A DNA stretch of 36,083 nucleotides from Candidatus Yanofskybacteria bacterium RIFCSPHIGHO2_01_FULL_44_17 (GCA_001794195.1 MGJI01000009.1:8010-44092); one strand, 5' to 3'; positions 14,829 to 22,686 are shown, numbered from the stretch's first letter. Translations and numbers: made by a program. Notes: generated by a model not told the origin, from the letters alone.

Positions 14829-16769
14829 CTAAATCTCGATAACCACAGGCAGAATCATGGGCCGTCTTTCCGTTTTTTGGAAGAGGAACAGGCCGATTTC
14901 GTCGCGTAAGATATCTTTTAGATCTACCCAGTTTATGGGGCGAGTGCTCTTACGTTCAATTATGAGCCTGACTTTTTTACGGACTTGCATCAAGAGTTCC
15001 TTATTTTCTTTCAGATAAACAAATCCTCGTGAAATAATATCCGGACTGCCGCGAACTTTTCCAGTCTTTGAATCAATAAGGGAAACTATTACAAACATGC
15101 CGTCCTCGGCCAGTACCTGTCTGTCACGCAAGACCACGCTGCCGATGTCGCCAATGCCCAGACCATCCACCATGACTATGTCAGATGGTGCCATCTTTTT
15201 ATCCATCCACCATGACTTGGGCGTAATGTGAACGATAGAGCCGTTATCGGCAATGATAATGTTTTCTTCCGGGATACCTTCTTCTTGGCCGATATAACTC
15301 TGATTAACCATCATGGAGTAGTGACCGTGAATTGGCATAAGAAACTTGGGTCTTATAAGTTGGTGCATTAATCTGAGGTCTTCCTTGTGAGCGTGACCGC
15401 TAGCGTGTATGTCCATCATGCCATAATGATAGACGCGAGCACCTGATCTATAAAACAGGTCTTTTAGCCTTTGCACCGTACGTTCATTGCCCGGAATAAC
15501 CGAGGAGGAAAACATAACTGAATCACCCTTTTTGAGCTGCATGTAGCGGTGTTCGCCCGAAGCGATACGCATTAAAACCGCTCGGCCTTCGCCCTGCGCG
15601 CCGGTACCGATAAGGGTAATTTTGTTTCTAGGATAGCGGTCAATGTCGCTTATTGGAATCTGGGTCTCTTTTTTTATACTAATTTGATTGAGCTCTTTGG
15701 CCACTTCAACATTGCTCTTGAGACTGAAGCCATCAAATATTACCTTGCGGCCATATCTTTCTGAAAGGGTAACTAACTGCTGAACACGATTAATCATTGA
15801 AGAAAAAGTGCCGACGATTAGCATGCCAGTAACTTCTTTGAAGATCACTTCCAGGTTGTCTTGAATCACGCTCTCGGATACGGCCTTACCCTCTTTTTCT
15901 GCATTGGTTGAGTCGGACATCAATACCGTAACGCCACGGTCGCCTATGCTCCTTATAAAGTCCAGATCGGCTGGCTGCTCATTTAAAGGTTTAGGATCAA
16001 ATTTAAAGTCGGCCGTATGTACAATCCTACCGGCAGGAGTGCTAATTATAAGCGCCACGTCGTCGGGAATATTGTGGTTTACATGAAAAAATTCAATTTC
16101 AAATTGTCCAAGAGTTATCTTGTTGTGTTCTTTAGGATCAACCAATGTAATGTCCAGCTCCGGCAAATGAGGGAATTCCTGATGCCTTTTTATTGCTATC
16201 GCACGCGTTAAATTTGCGGTATAAATAGGCGGATTGCCCAGGCGCTGTATAAGATATGGAAGTCCGCCGACATGATCCATGTGGCCGTGGGTAAGTATGA
16301 TTCCTAGAATTCTGTCCTGTTTGCCATCCAAATAACTGATATTGGGCAAGGTATAGTCAATGCCTGGCATATCATCTTCGGCAAAACCAAAGCCGACATC
16401 AATCACGATGATGTCATTTTTATACTCCACAACGCACATATTGCGCCCTACTTCTCCGAGGCCACCAAGGGGTATGATCTTCACCGAGTCTTCTGCTGTT
16501 CCGGCATGAGCTACTTGTTCTGGCCTTTCAATTGGCGCTAGCCTTCTTGTACGAGGTAAGTCGCGCCTGTCCTTATAGCGTGGACTTCTGCGCCTTGATC
16601 CGCTACTGCCACGTCTTTGGCCGGCCTCGTTACTATCCACTTCACCTGAGTTTAGGTGAGACAAGCGATGCTGCCCGGAACCACGAGGCACGGGTCGATC
16701 TTGAGAGGTATTTAGTTGTTTTTCCGGTTGCGTTTTAGCAACAGCTAGTTCGGTTTGTGATTCGTTCAT
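14829..16769 (-). CDS. rnj: Ribonuclease J with an N-terminal basic extension
   Basis: Metallo-beta-lactamase HxHxDH motif (LTHGHMDHVGG), a beta-CASP region and a C-terminal domain. About 95 aa of Arg/Ser-rich low complexity precede the catalytic core. Confidence 0.95.
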   Translation of the reverse strand: MNESQTELAVAKTQPEKQLNTSQDRPVPRGSGQHRLSHLNSGEVDSNEAGQRRGSSGSRRRSPRYKDRRDLPRTRRLAPIERPEQVAHAGTAEDSVKIIPLGGLGEVGRNMCVVEYKNDIIVIDVGFGFAEDDMPGIDYTLPNISYLDGKQDRILGIILTHGHMDHVGGLPYLIQRLGNPPIYTANLTRAIAIKRHQEFPHLPELDITLVDPKEHNKITLGQFEIEFFHVNHNIPDDVALIISTPAGRIVHTADFKFDPKPLNEQPADLDFIRSIGDRGVTVLMSDSTNAEKEGKAVSESVIQDNLEVIFKEVTGMLIVGTFSSMINRVQQLVTLSERYGRKVIFDGFSLKSNVEVAKELNQISIKKETQIPISDIDRYPRNKITLIGTGAQGEGRAVLMRIASGEHRYMQLKKGDSVMFSSSVIPGNERTVQRLKDLFYRSGARVYHYGMMDIHASGHAHKEDLRLMHQLIRPKFLMPIHGHYSMMVNQSYIGQEEGIPEENIIIADNGSIVHITPKSWWMDKKMAPSDIVMVDGLGIGDIGSVVLRDRQVLAEDGMFVIVSLIDSKTGKVRGSPDIISRGFVYLKENKELLMQVRKKVRLIIERKSTRPINWVDLKDILRDEIGLFLFQKTERRPMILPVVIEI

Positions 16770-16772
16770 ATT

Positions 16773-17150
16773 TTATTTTAATTTACGTTCAAAATCTGCA
16801 TCAAAGTTTTTATAATTTTGAGTTAACTCTTCGCCTGACACTATGTTTCTTATGGCAATATTTGGCGCACTATCATCTTGCGGAGCCGTTACGTTTGGAC
16901 TGTCCTGAGGATTAAAAAATCTTGCATCATCTGAGCATAAAACATAATTACCATCTTTATTTAAATACGCGTAAGTTAGAATATTATCCCTTGCTTGTAT
17001 CGGCAGGGTGTTGAGCGTAGTTTTAGTGATTTCTAAATCAAAATTCTCAATAAATTTCCAAACAACCGCTCCTTTGGCTATCGGCTGATCGGCAAACAAG
17101 CCAATGCCATGAATTTTACTTGGTCCGATTTTAGTTTTTACTAAAAGCAT
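16773..17150 (-). CDS. SET-domain protein (putative protein lysine methyltransferase fold)
   Basis: 125 aa with SKIHGIGLFADQPIAKGAVV (SET N-motif), ARFFNPQDSPN in place of RFINHSCxPN, and VSGEELTQNY (the ELTxDY-type motif). Confidence 0.8.
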   Translation of the reverse strand: MLLVKTKIGPSKIHGIGLFADQPIAKGAVVWKFIENFDLEITKTTLNTLPIQARDNILTYAYLNKDGNYVLCSDDARFFNPQDSPNVTAPQDDSAPNIAIRNIVSGEELTQNYKNFDADFERKLK

Positions 17151-17157
17151 AGGAATG

Positions 17158-17241
17158 TGGGCGTGGAGGGATTTGAACCCTCAAGAGATTACTCCCATAC
17201 GCTCCTGAAGCGTACGCGTATGCCAGTTCCGCCACACGCCC
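17158..17241 (-). tRNA. tRNA-Leu (anticodon CAG)
   Basis: Manual cloverleaf. The acceptor is GGGCGUG/CACGCCC with discriminator A. The D stem is 3 bp. The anticodon stem UACGC/GCGUA carries loop UUCAGGA. There is a 15-nt long variable arm, and the T arm is GAGGG-UUCAAAU-CCCUC. No CCA is encoded. Confidence 0.9.
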
Positions 17242-17339
17242 CTTAAATCTACTAAATAACAAAAAGCAATTTCTCTGGCCGGCAAGAGAGATTAACCAGC
17301 CATCGATCAAATATAATGAGCCTCTGACTATGAAAGCGC

Positions 17340-17368
17340 ATTATAGCAAAATACGGTTTCATAGTCAA
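17340..17368 (-). promoter_or_regulatory. Near-consensus sigma-70 promoter upstream of tRNA-Leu
   Basis: On the minus strand this reads TTGACT - 17 nt - TATAAT, about 100 nt upstream of the tRNA 5' end. Confidence 0.6.
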
Positions 17369-17379
17369 TAGTTTATTTG

Positions 17380-19137
17380 CTATTTTCTAACTCTCTTGGT
17401 TTCAATATACCAGTTGCTTACGGTGTTAAATCTGTCAGAGGGTATGGAAATAATCTTGGTATCGTTACCTTTTATTTTAGACGGCTGGGCGTATAAGTAG
17501 TCAGGACTGTATAGAAATATGGCCGGAATATCCTTGACTATAATTTTTTGGAAATCGTCATATTTTGATAACCTCGCTGAGCGGTCAAGCGTTTGGCGTG
17601 CATCTTCAAGAAGCTTGTCGGCATCCTTACTGTCATACAAGGCCAGATTAAGCCCTGGATCGCGCTTCTGAGAAGAATGCCAGAAACTAAACGGATCTGG
17701 GTCAAGAGCTAAAACCTCTCCAAAAAGAAGGGCATCATATTCTCGGGCCTTGATAGCCTGTTGGAGCTCAGGCAGGGGCAAAATCTCAACCCGTACCCGA
17801 ACGCCTACCGCCTCCCACTGTTTTTTAATCTGCTCGGCTGCGGTAATAAGTTCGGGCCAATCAGACGTGGTTAATCTAATCTCCAGCTTGACCGACTCGC
17901 CCTGTTTTTCATTTTTTGTTTTTGGTGTGGGCGCCGCTTTTTCACGAAAACTTCCCTCAGCTGATACAGAGACAGGATATTTCCAGCCGGCATCTTCTAG
18001 CGTTTTCTTGGCTAATTCAAGATCAAAGCTATATTTTTCAGTGTCATCTGGCAAGTCTATAATCCCTGGCATCATCGGTGAATCTACCACTACCCCGTTT
18101 CCTGAAAGTATCTTTTCAACCAACCCATTTTTGTCGGTGGCGTAGCTAAGGGCCATGCGAACGCTCTTATCGGCGAGTGGTTTGCTGTGATTTTGATTGA
18201 AGAAAGCCGCAAAGTAGCGGGGGAGACTAAGCTTTTCTAGCTTAAGCTGCCCAAGAAACCGAATAGAGCTCAGACCGCTCGCGGATATAGAGCTAAATCC
18301 ATCAATTTCGTTATTCTCATATCCTTCTACTAGGTCAGCCTCCGAAGGATAAAACTTAAATGTAAGTTTTGAAACATGAGGCCTGCCGGCATGATGTTTG
18401 TCAAAAGCGGCTAGCTCAAAAGACTTGATATTGCCGAACGTATCGCGCCTTATTTTTGAAAATTTATATGGCCCGGAGCCGACCGGCTTAAGATTAAACT
18501 CTGAGAGGCCAAAGTTTACTGGCTTGATGTTTTCCCAAATGTGTTTGGGCAAAATACCCAACGTAGCATTGCCGATAAACTGGGCATATTTGTTTTTTAG
18601 CTTAAATGCCACTGTTAGGCTATCTATTTTACTAACTTCAATTCCTTGCCACAAAATCCTCTGCGAGCTGCCATAGTCAGCATTTTGAACAGTAAAAATA
18701 GTGAAGATGACATCGTCAGCCGTGAGTGCGTGGCCATCGTGCCATAGCAGATCGCGCCTAAGAACAAAGGTATAAACTAGGCCGTCATCTGAGATATGAT
18801 ATGACTCAGCCAGATCGCCATTAATTTTGCCATTGCCAGCATACTTTACCAGGCCTGGAAAAATCAAACTTACTAGATCACCGTCAGCATCGTTGCCCTG
18901 AGATAGTAGCGGATTGATATGTTTGGGCGTGCCAATTAAGCCCTCAACCATGCTTCCGCCGTCATCCGGCACTGATTTTGTAAAATGAATATAGGAAGTT
19001 ACAGGAAGAGAAAGAATTGAAATAACGGCAACCCAAAATAAGATCATCATGAGGCGCCTTTCTTTTTGTGATAAAACCTTGGGCAAATGCCTAAGCTGTT
19101 TTTTTGTGGGCACCCTACTCATAAGCAGGCGTTTCAA
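17380..19137 (-). CDS. ABC-transporter substrate-binding protein, family 5 (peptide/nickel type), TM-anchored
   Basis: 585 aa with an N-terminal TM anchor (LMMILFWVAVISILSLPV) and family-5 SBP regions (LVKYAGNGKINGDLAESY...; GSGPYKFSKIRRD...; EADLVEGYENNEIDG). The start is TTG 19137 or ATG 19122. No permease or ATPase genes are adjacent. Confidence 0.88.
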   Translation of the reverse strand: MKRLLMSRVPTKKQLRHLPKVLSQKERRLMMILFWVAVISILSLPVTSYIHFTKSVPDDGGSMVEGLIGTPKHINPLLSQGNDADGDLVSLIFPGLVKYAGNGKINGDLAESYHISDDGLVYTFVLRRDLLWHDGHALTADDVIFTIFTVQNADYGSSQRILWQGIEVSKIDSLTVAFKLKNKYAQFIGNATLGILPKHIWENIKPVNFGLSEFNLKPVGSGPYKFSKIRRDTFGNIKSFELAAFDKHHAGRPHVSKLTFKFYPSEADLVEGYENNEIDGFSSISASGLSSIRFLGQLKLEKLSLPRYFAAFFNQNHSKPLADKSVRMALSYATDKNGLVEKILSGNGVVVDSPMMPGIIDLPDDTEKYSFDLELAKKTLEDAGWKYPVSVSAEGSFREKAAPTPKTKNEKQGESVKLEIRLTTSDWPELITAAEQIKKQWEAVGVRVRVEILPLPELQQAIKAREYDALLFGEVLALDPDPFSFWHSSQKRDPGLNLALYDSKDADKLLEDARQTLDRSARLSKYDDFQKIIVKDIPAIFLYSPDYLYAQPSKIKGNDTKIISIPSDRFNTVSNWYIETKRVRK

Positions 19138-19225
19138 AGACCCACCGCTCCCAGGCGGGCGCTTATTTCGGGAATCGTTATTGGACGATAAAAAAAAGTT
19201 TTCGAGATCGCTAATGGGTAGTTTT

Positions 19226-19317
19226 TAGGTTTTAGGTTTTAGGTTATAGGTTCAATACTTTTGTGATCAGGGGGTATCACAAAAACTAACACCTAACACC
19301 TAACACCTAACACCTAA
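19226..19317. repeat. Two opposed heptamer tandem arrays around a perfect hairpin
   Basis: (TAGGTTT)x4 with variants lies at 19226-19253. A 9-bp stem hairpin, ttttgtgat/atcacaaaa, lies at 19259-19284. (CTAACAC)x4.5 lies at 19286-19317. The two arrays are complementary apart from one mismatch per unit. Confidence 0.85.
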
Positions 19318-19319
19318 TT

Positions 19320-19526
19320 TTAGAGGAGGAGCCGAGCAATTGAAACTCCAAAAAATAAGACCGCAACGACTACGGTTCCGCGAAAAAGAATCTTCTCTAC
19401 GCCGCGACGCGTGGAATAAACCCCGCCCTCGCCGCCGAATGCGCCTGAAAGGCCAGAGCCACGCTGTTGTAACAATATGGAAACTATTACCAGCACGGCA
19501 AGAACTAATTGTATAATTGTAAGCAT
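19320..19526 (-). CDS. secG: Preprotein translocase subunit SecG
   Basis: 68 aa with two TM helices and the central LLQQRGSGLSGAFGG glycine-rich loop. Confidence 0.85.
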   Translation of the reverse strand: MLTIIQLVLAVLVIVSILLQQRGSGLSGAFGGEGGVYSTRRGVEKILFRGTVVVAVLFFGVSIARLLL

Positions 19527-19540
19527 TTGTATGTTGAGAT

Positions 19541-19876
19541 TTACTTAAACCACCTAGTTATAAAATTAACTGCCGCCACGACTAACGTTGCCCACAACAG
19601 CGCAACGTAACTCTCGACTATTATATATCCTGTAAGCTGCGCGGCCAACCACAAAATTATGGCATTAACGACTATTAGGAAAAGCCCCAGAGAAATAACA
19701 ATGAGCGGGAAAGTAATTATTTTTAGTATCGGTCTGATAACCAAATTGAGCAATCCCAGCACCAGCCCGCCAATCAGATATTCCTTCCAACCACCGCTAA
19801 CAACAAAACCAGCCACCCACATATTAGCCAAATACAGAGCCAAAACATTAGAAAAAAGGCCTACCAGTATGCCCAT
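19541..19876 (-). CDS. Four-TM membrane protein, DUF360 / phage-holin-4_2 family
   Basis: 111 aa. GGWKEYLIGGLVLGLLNLVIRPILKIITFPLIVISLGLFLIVVNAIILWLAAQL is typical of YvlD/DUF360 proteins. Confidence 0.75.
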   Translation of the reverse strand: MGILVGLFSNVLALYLANMWVAGFVVSGGWKEYLIGGLVLGLLNLVIRPILKIITFPLIVISLGLFLIVVNAIILWLAAQLTGYIIVESYVALLWATLVVAAVNFITRWFK

Positions 19877-19916
19877 TTATCAATAATCATACCAGCCGGG
19901 TTACTTTTATCAAGCG

Positions 19917-19945
19917 TTGACAGTACTATTAAAATATGCTATAAT
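19917..19945 (+). promoter_or_regulatory. Perfect-consensus sigma-70 promoter with no downstream protein gene
   Basis: TTGACA (19917-19922) - 17 nt - TATAAT (19940-19945). Confidence 0.65.
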
Positions 19946-19951
19946 TAAAAC

Positions 19952-20071
19952 ATGTTGGGGTTCCTGATTTTGGGAATACCCACAAAATGGCGACGACGAG
20001 GAGGCACTCAAGCGAGAGCGACGGCCTCCAGCACCGGTTCCAGTCGAGAGACTCGAGCCGGTTTTAATTTT
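19952..20071 (+). ncRNA. Candidate small RNA of ~120 nt, family unknown
   Basis: It lies between the consensus promoter and a terminator-like hairpin with a T-tract (20034-20071). It contains a 9-bp hairpin (about 19955-19981) and a GGAGGC/GCCUCC helix (20000-20029) capped by a GAGA tetraloop. Confidence 0.4.
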
Positions 20072-20080
20072 GTCCATAAT

Positions 20081-21388
20081 TTATATTGTTTTCCTGTGCA
20101 ACTTACGGTAATAACTTATGGCAAATCTATGTGCCTCGGCATCAACTTGTAAAATTAAATTTCTAACCGATTCCGGCAAATCCTTAAGCGGCATGGCCCT
20201 TTTTTTATTACTTAGGTAAACGCGTTCGCCTCGATGTCTTTCGTTCTTGGTAAGAGCGACGACTGAGATTTGGGTCGGCGCGGTTAGTAGTGCCACGTTG
20301 AATTGAGCCGTACCGCCATCAATTACAATAACGTCGGGACTAGACCACTCTGGATGTCTGAACCGACGCATCATAATTTCCTTAAGCATGGCGATATCAT
20401 TCGGTTCATTGTCTAGCCTGATTTTAAATTTTCGGTATTGATTTTTGTCCGGCTGTCCATTGGTAAAAACCACCATTGCTCCGACGGCAAACTTGCCCTG
20501 AATGTTAGAGATGTCATAGCCCTCTATACGATTTGGTGTCTTTGGCAACTGAAGTATTTTTTTAAGCTCCTCAAGCGCTTTTGTGCCCGTAATGTCGGTT
20601 CGCGATAGTATATTTGAATTTTGAAGAATTTGGGCATTTTCAAAAATTCTCTCAAGCCTCTCAACCTTTTCCCGCAGTTCAATGGCCTTATTGAACTTCT
20701 CTTTTTTCGCATAGCCGCTCATCTCTTTTTTTAGATTTTTAATTAGTGTGTTTCGCTTGCCAGACAGTAGTTCTTTTATCGGCCTTATGTTTTTGGAATA
20801 AATTCTTTTTTCACTTTGTTTTGATACAGATTTTGCAGCTTCCTGCTTGTTTTTAAGACAGCAGAATCCTGGGCACTTTCCGATATGATAATTGAGGCAG
20901 TAATTATTGTGCTTCTGTTTGCAGGTGCAGTAGGGGAATATCCGGCGAAAAAGACGAAGTGTTGTTTTAAGCGCAGCACCATCTGTAAAGGGGCCCAGAA
21001 ATTTAGTATTTATTTTTTGATATTTGGCGCTTTGTATTTGATGAGTCAGGAAAATTTTAGGAAACTGCTCTTTCGTAAAAGCGACATAAAAATATTGTTT
21101 ATCGTCGCGCAACTTAATGTTAAAGATCGGCATATGTTTTTTTATAAGCTGCGATTCGAGAATCAGAGCTTCTATTTCTGAGTCGGACCCCTGCCAAGTG
21201 ACTCGATCGGCAATCTTAACCATATTCCTAACCCTCGTATCTGTTTGGTTATTTTTAAAATATGAGCTGACCCTATTTCTTAGATTGAGCGCCTTGCCGA
21301 TATACAAAATCCGCCCGCCCTTGTCACGGAAAAAATATACCCCGCACCTTTGCGGGATTGTTTGTTTGAGCGATCGCATATTTGACAT
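20081..21388 (-). CDS. uvrC: Excinuclease ABC subunit C, short form lacking the C-terminal (HhH)2 domain
   Basis: GIY-YIG motif (GVYFFRDKGGRILYIGKALNLRNRVSSYF), a Cys cluster, a UVR-like helix (KFNKAIELREKVERLERI) and an RNase-H-like endonuclease domain (RIEGYDISNIQG...; DAEAHRFAISYYRKLH). ATG 21388 (MSNMRS) is preferred; the track start 21460 overlaps rocD. Confidence 0.9.
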   Translation of the reverse strand: MSNMRSLKQTIPQRCGVYFFRDKGGRILYIGKALNLRNRVSSYFKNNQTDTRVRNMVKIADRVTWQGSDSEIEALILESQLIKKHMPIFNIKLRDDKQYFYVAFTKEQFPKIFLTHQIQSAKYQKINTKFLGPFTDGAALKTTLRLFRRIFPYCTCKQKHNNYCLNYHIGKCPGFCCLKNKQEAAKSVSKQSEKRIYSKNIRPIKELLSGKRNTLIKNLKKEMSGYAKKEKFNKAIELREKVERLERIFENAQILQNSNILSRTDITGTKALEELKKILQLPKTPNRIEGYDISNIQGKFAVGAMVVFTNGQPDKNQYRKFKIRLDNEPNDIAMLKEIMMRRFRHPEWSSPDVIVIDGGTAQFNVALLTAPTQISVVALTKNERHRGERVYLSNKKRAMPLKDLPESVRNLILQVDAEAHRFAISYYRKLHRKTI

Positions 21389-21444
21389 TATGTCACTTTT
21401 CTTGTTAATTTTCAAGGGTAAATTCTCGCGACAAGGAGAGTCGG

Positions 21445-22686
21445 GTGGGCTCATTAACAACTCGTGAAATAATAAGAATTATTAATCAGAATGCTGCCGG
21501 CAACTACGGAAAACTTCCGCCGGTTGCCATTGAGTATGGTGGGGAGGCTTGGGTTTGGGACAAAGAGCACATAATGTATCTTGACTGTATGTCCTCCTAC
21601 GCAGTAACAAATTTTGGACATCGGCATCCCAGATTAGTGCGGGCATTAAAGTCGCAGTTAAAACAGCTTTCCGTTTGTTCCAGGGCTCTGGCAAATGAAC
21701 CTTTTGCAATTTTCTGTCGTGATTTGGCAAAATTTTGTGATATGGGTAAGGTCCTGCCAGCCGTTGACGGCGCAGGTGCAATTGATAAGGCGATCAAAGT
21801 CGTGCGCAAATGGGCTAGCAAAAACAATAAAGAAAATCCACGAATTATATCTTTTGACAAGAATTTTCACGGCCGAACCTATGGCGCCCTATCACTGTCG
21901 AACAATCCCCACTACAAGGAAGGATTCGGGCCATTCTTGGACGGCTTTATCACTAACCTGCCGTTTGGCGATGCCGCAAACCTAGAAAGAACACTTGGCC
22001 GTACGACCACAATAAACATGTGGAACAATCGACATGATGATATCGCGGCAATCTTTATAGAACCAATCCAAGGCGAGGGTGGCGTAATAATTCCACCTGA
22101 CGGCTATCTAAAACAAGTGCGAGAATTCTGTACCAAATACGGCATATTGATGGTTGCCGATGAGATACAAACTGGATTCGGCAGGACTGGCTACGACTTG
22201 GCCTGCCAATACGAGGATGTGAAGCCGGATATTTATCTTATAGGCAAAGCGCTTGGCGGGGGACTACTGCCAATCTCAGCAGTAGTAACAACCGACGAGA
22301 TCATGAATGTAATAGGCCCGGGCGACGATGGTAGCACATTCGGCGGCTATCCTTTGGGCTGTGCCGTAGCTGTAGAGGCGATCAAGGTTTTAAAAGAAGA
22401 GGGTCTTAGCAAGAGCGCCAGGCTGCTTGGAGAATATTTCCTGGAAGAGTTAAAAAAAACAAAAAGCTCGGCCGTAGTGGAGGTAAGGGGCCGCGGACTA
22501 ATGATCGGTATAGAAGTACAAAATGAATTAATGGCTAAAAAAATACAGTTAGAACTTATAGAAAGGCGGCTTCTCTGTGGCGTAAGCAATAGTGTTTTGC
22601 GCTTAAACCCGCCCCTGATTATAACTAAAGATGAGATTGACTGGGCACTGCCAAGAATTGAAAAAGTATTAATGGAGGCTGGATAA
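21445..22686 (+). CDS. rocD: Ornithine aminotransferase (class-III PLP aminotransferase)
   Basis: GTG start with an AAGGAGAG SD. CMSSYAVTNFGHRHPRLV, FHGRTYGALSLS, IFIEPIQGEGGVIIPP, ADEIQTGFGRTG and LIGKALGGGLLPISAV (PLP lysine) align along the whole length with the RocD/OAT pattern. Confidence 0.9.
   Translation: MGSLTTREIIRIINQNAAGNYGKLPPVAIEYGGEAWVWDKEHIMYLDCMSSYAVTNFGHRHPRLVRALKSQLKQLSVCSRALANEPFAIFCRDLAKFCDMGKVLPAVDGAGAIDKAIKVVRKWASKNNKENPRIISFDKNFHGRTYGALSLSNNPHYKEGFGPFLDGFITNLPFGDAANLERTLGRTTTINMWNNRHDDIAAIFIEPIQGEGGVIIPPDGYLKQVREFCTKYGILMVADEIQTGFGRTGYDLACQYEDVKPDIYLIGKALGGGLLPISAVVTTDEIMNVIGPGDDGSTFGGYPLGCAVAVEAIKVLKEEGLSKSARLLGEYFLEELKKTKSSAVVEVRGRGLMIGIEVQNELMAKKIQLELIERRLLCGVSNSVLRLNPPLIITKDEIDWALPRIEKVLMEAG

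Noticed and set aside
19226-19317. CRISPR array
   Set aside because: The repeat unit is only 7 bp and tandem with no spacers. No cas genes are present.
19952-20071. Assignment of the candidate sRNA as SRP (4.5S) RNA
   Set aside because: The apical tetraloop is GAGA and the flanks lack the conserved GGAAGCAGC-type helix-8 motif. The 5' and 3' ends do not pair into a long helix.
19952-20152. 66-aa ORF starting at the predicted transcription start (leaderless small protein)
   Set aside because: The ORF runs through the terminator hairpin and into the 3' end of uvrC on the opposite strand, and its composition is Arg/Ser-rich junk. An sRNA is the more economical reading, though translation is not excluded.
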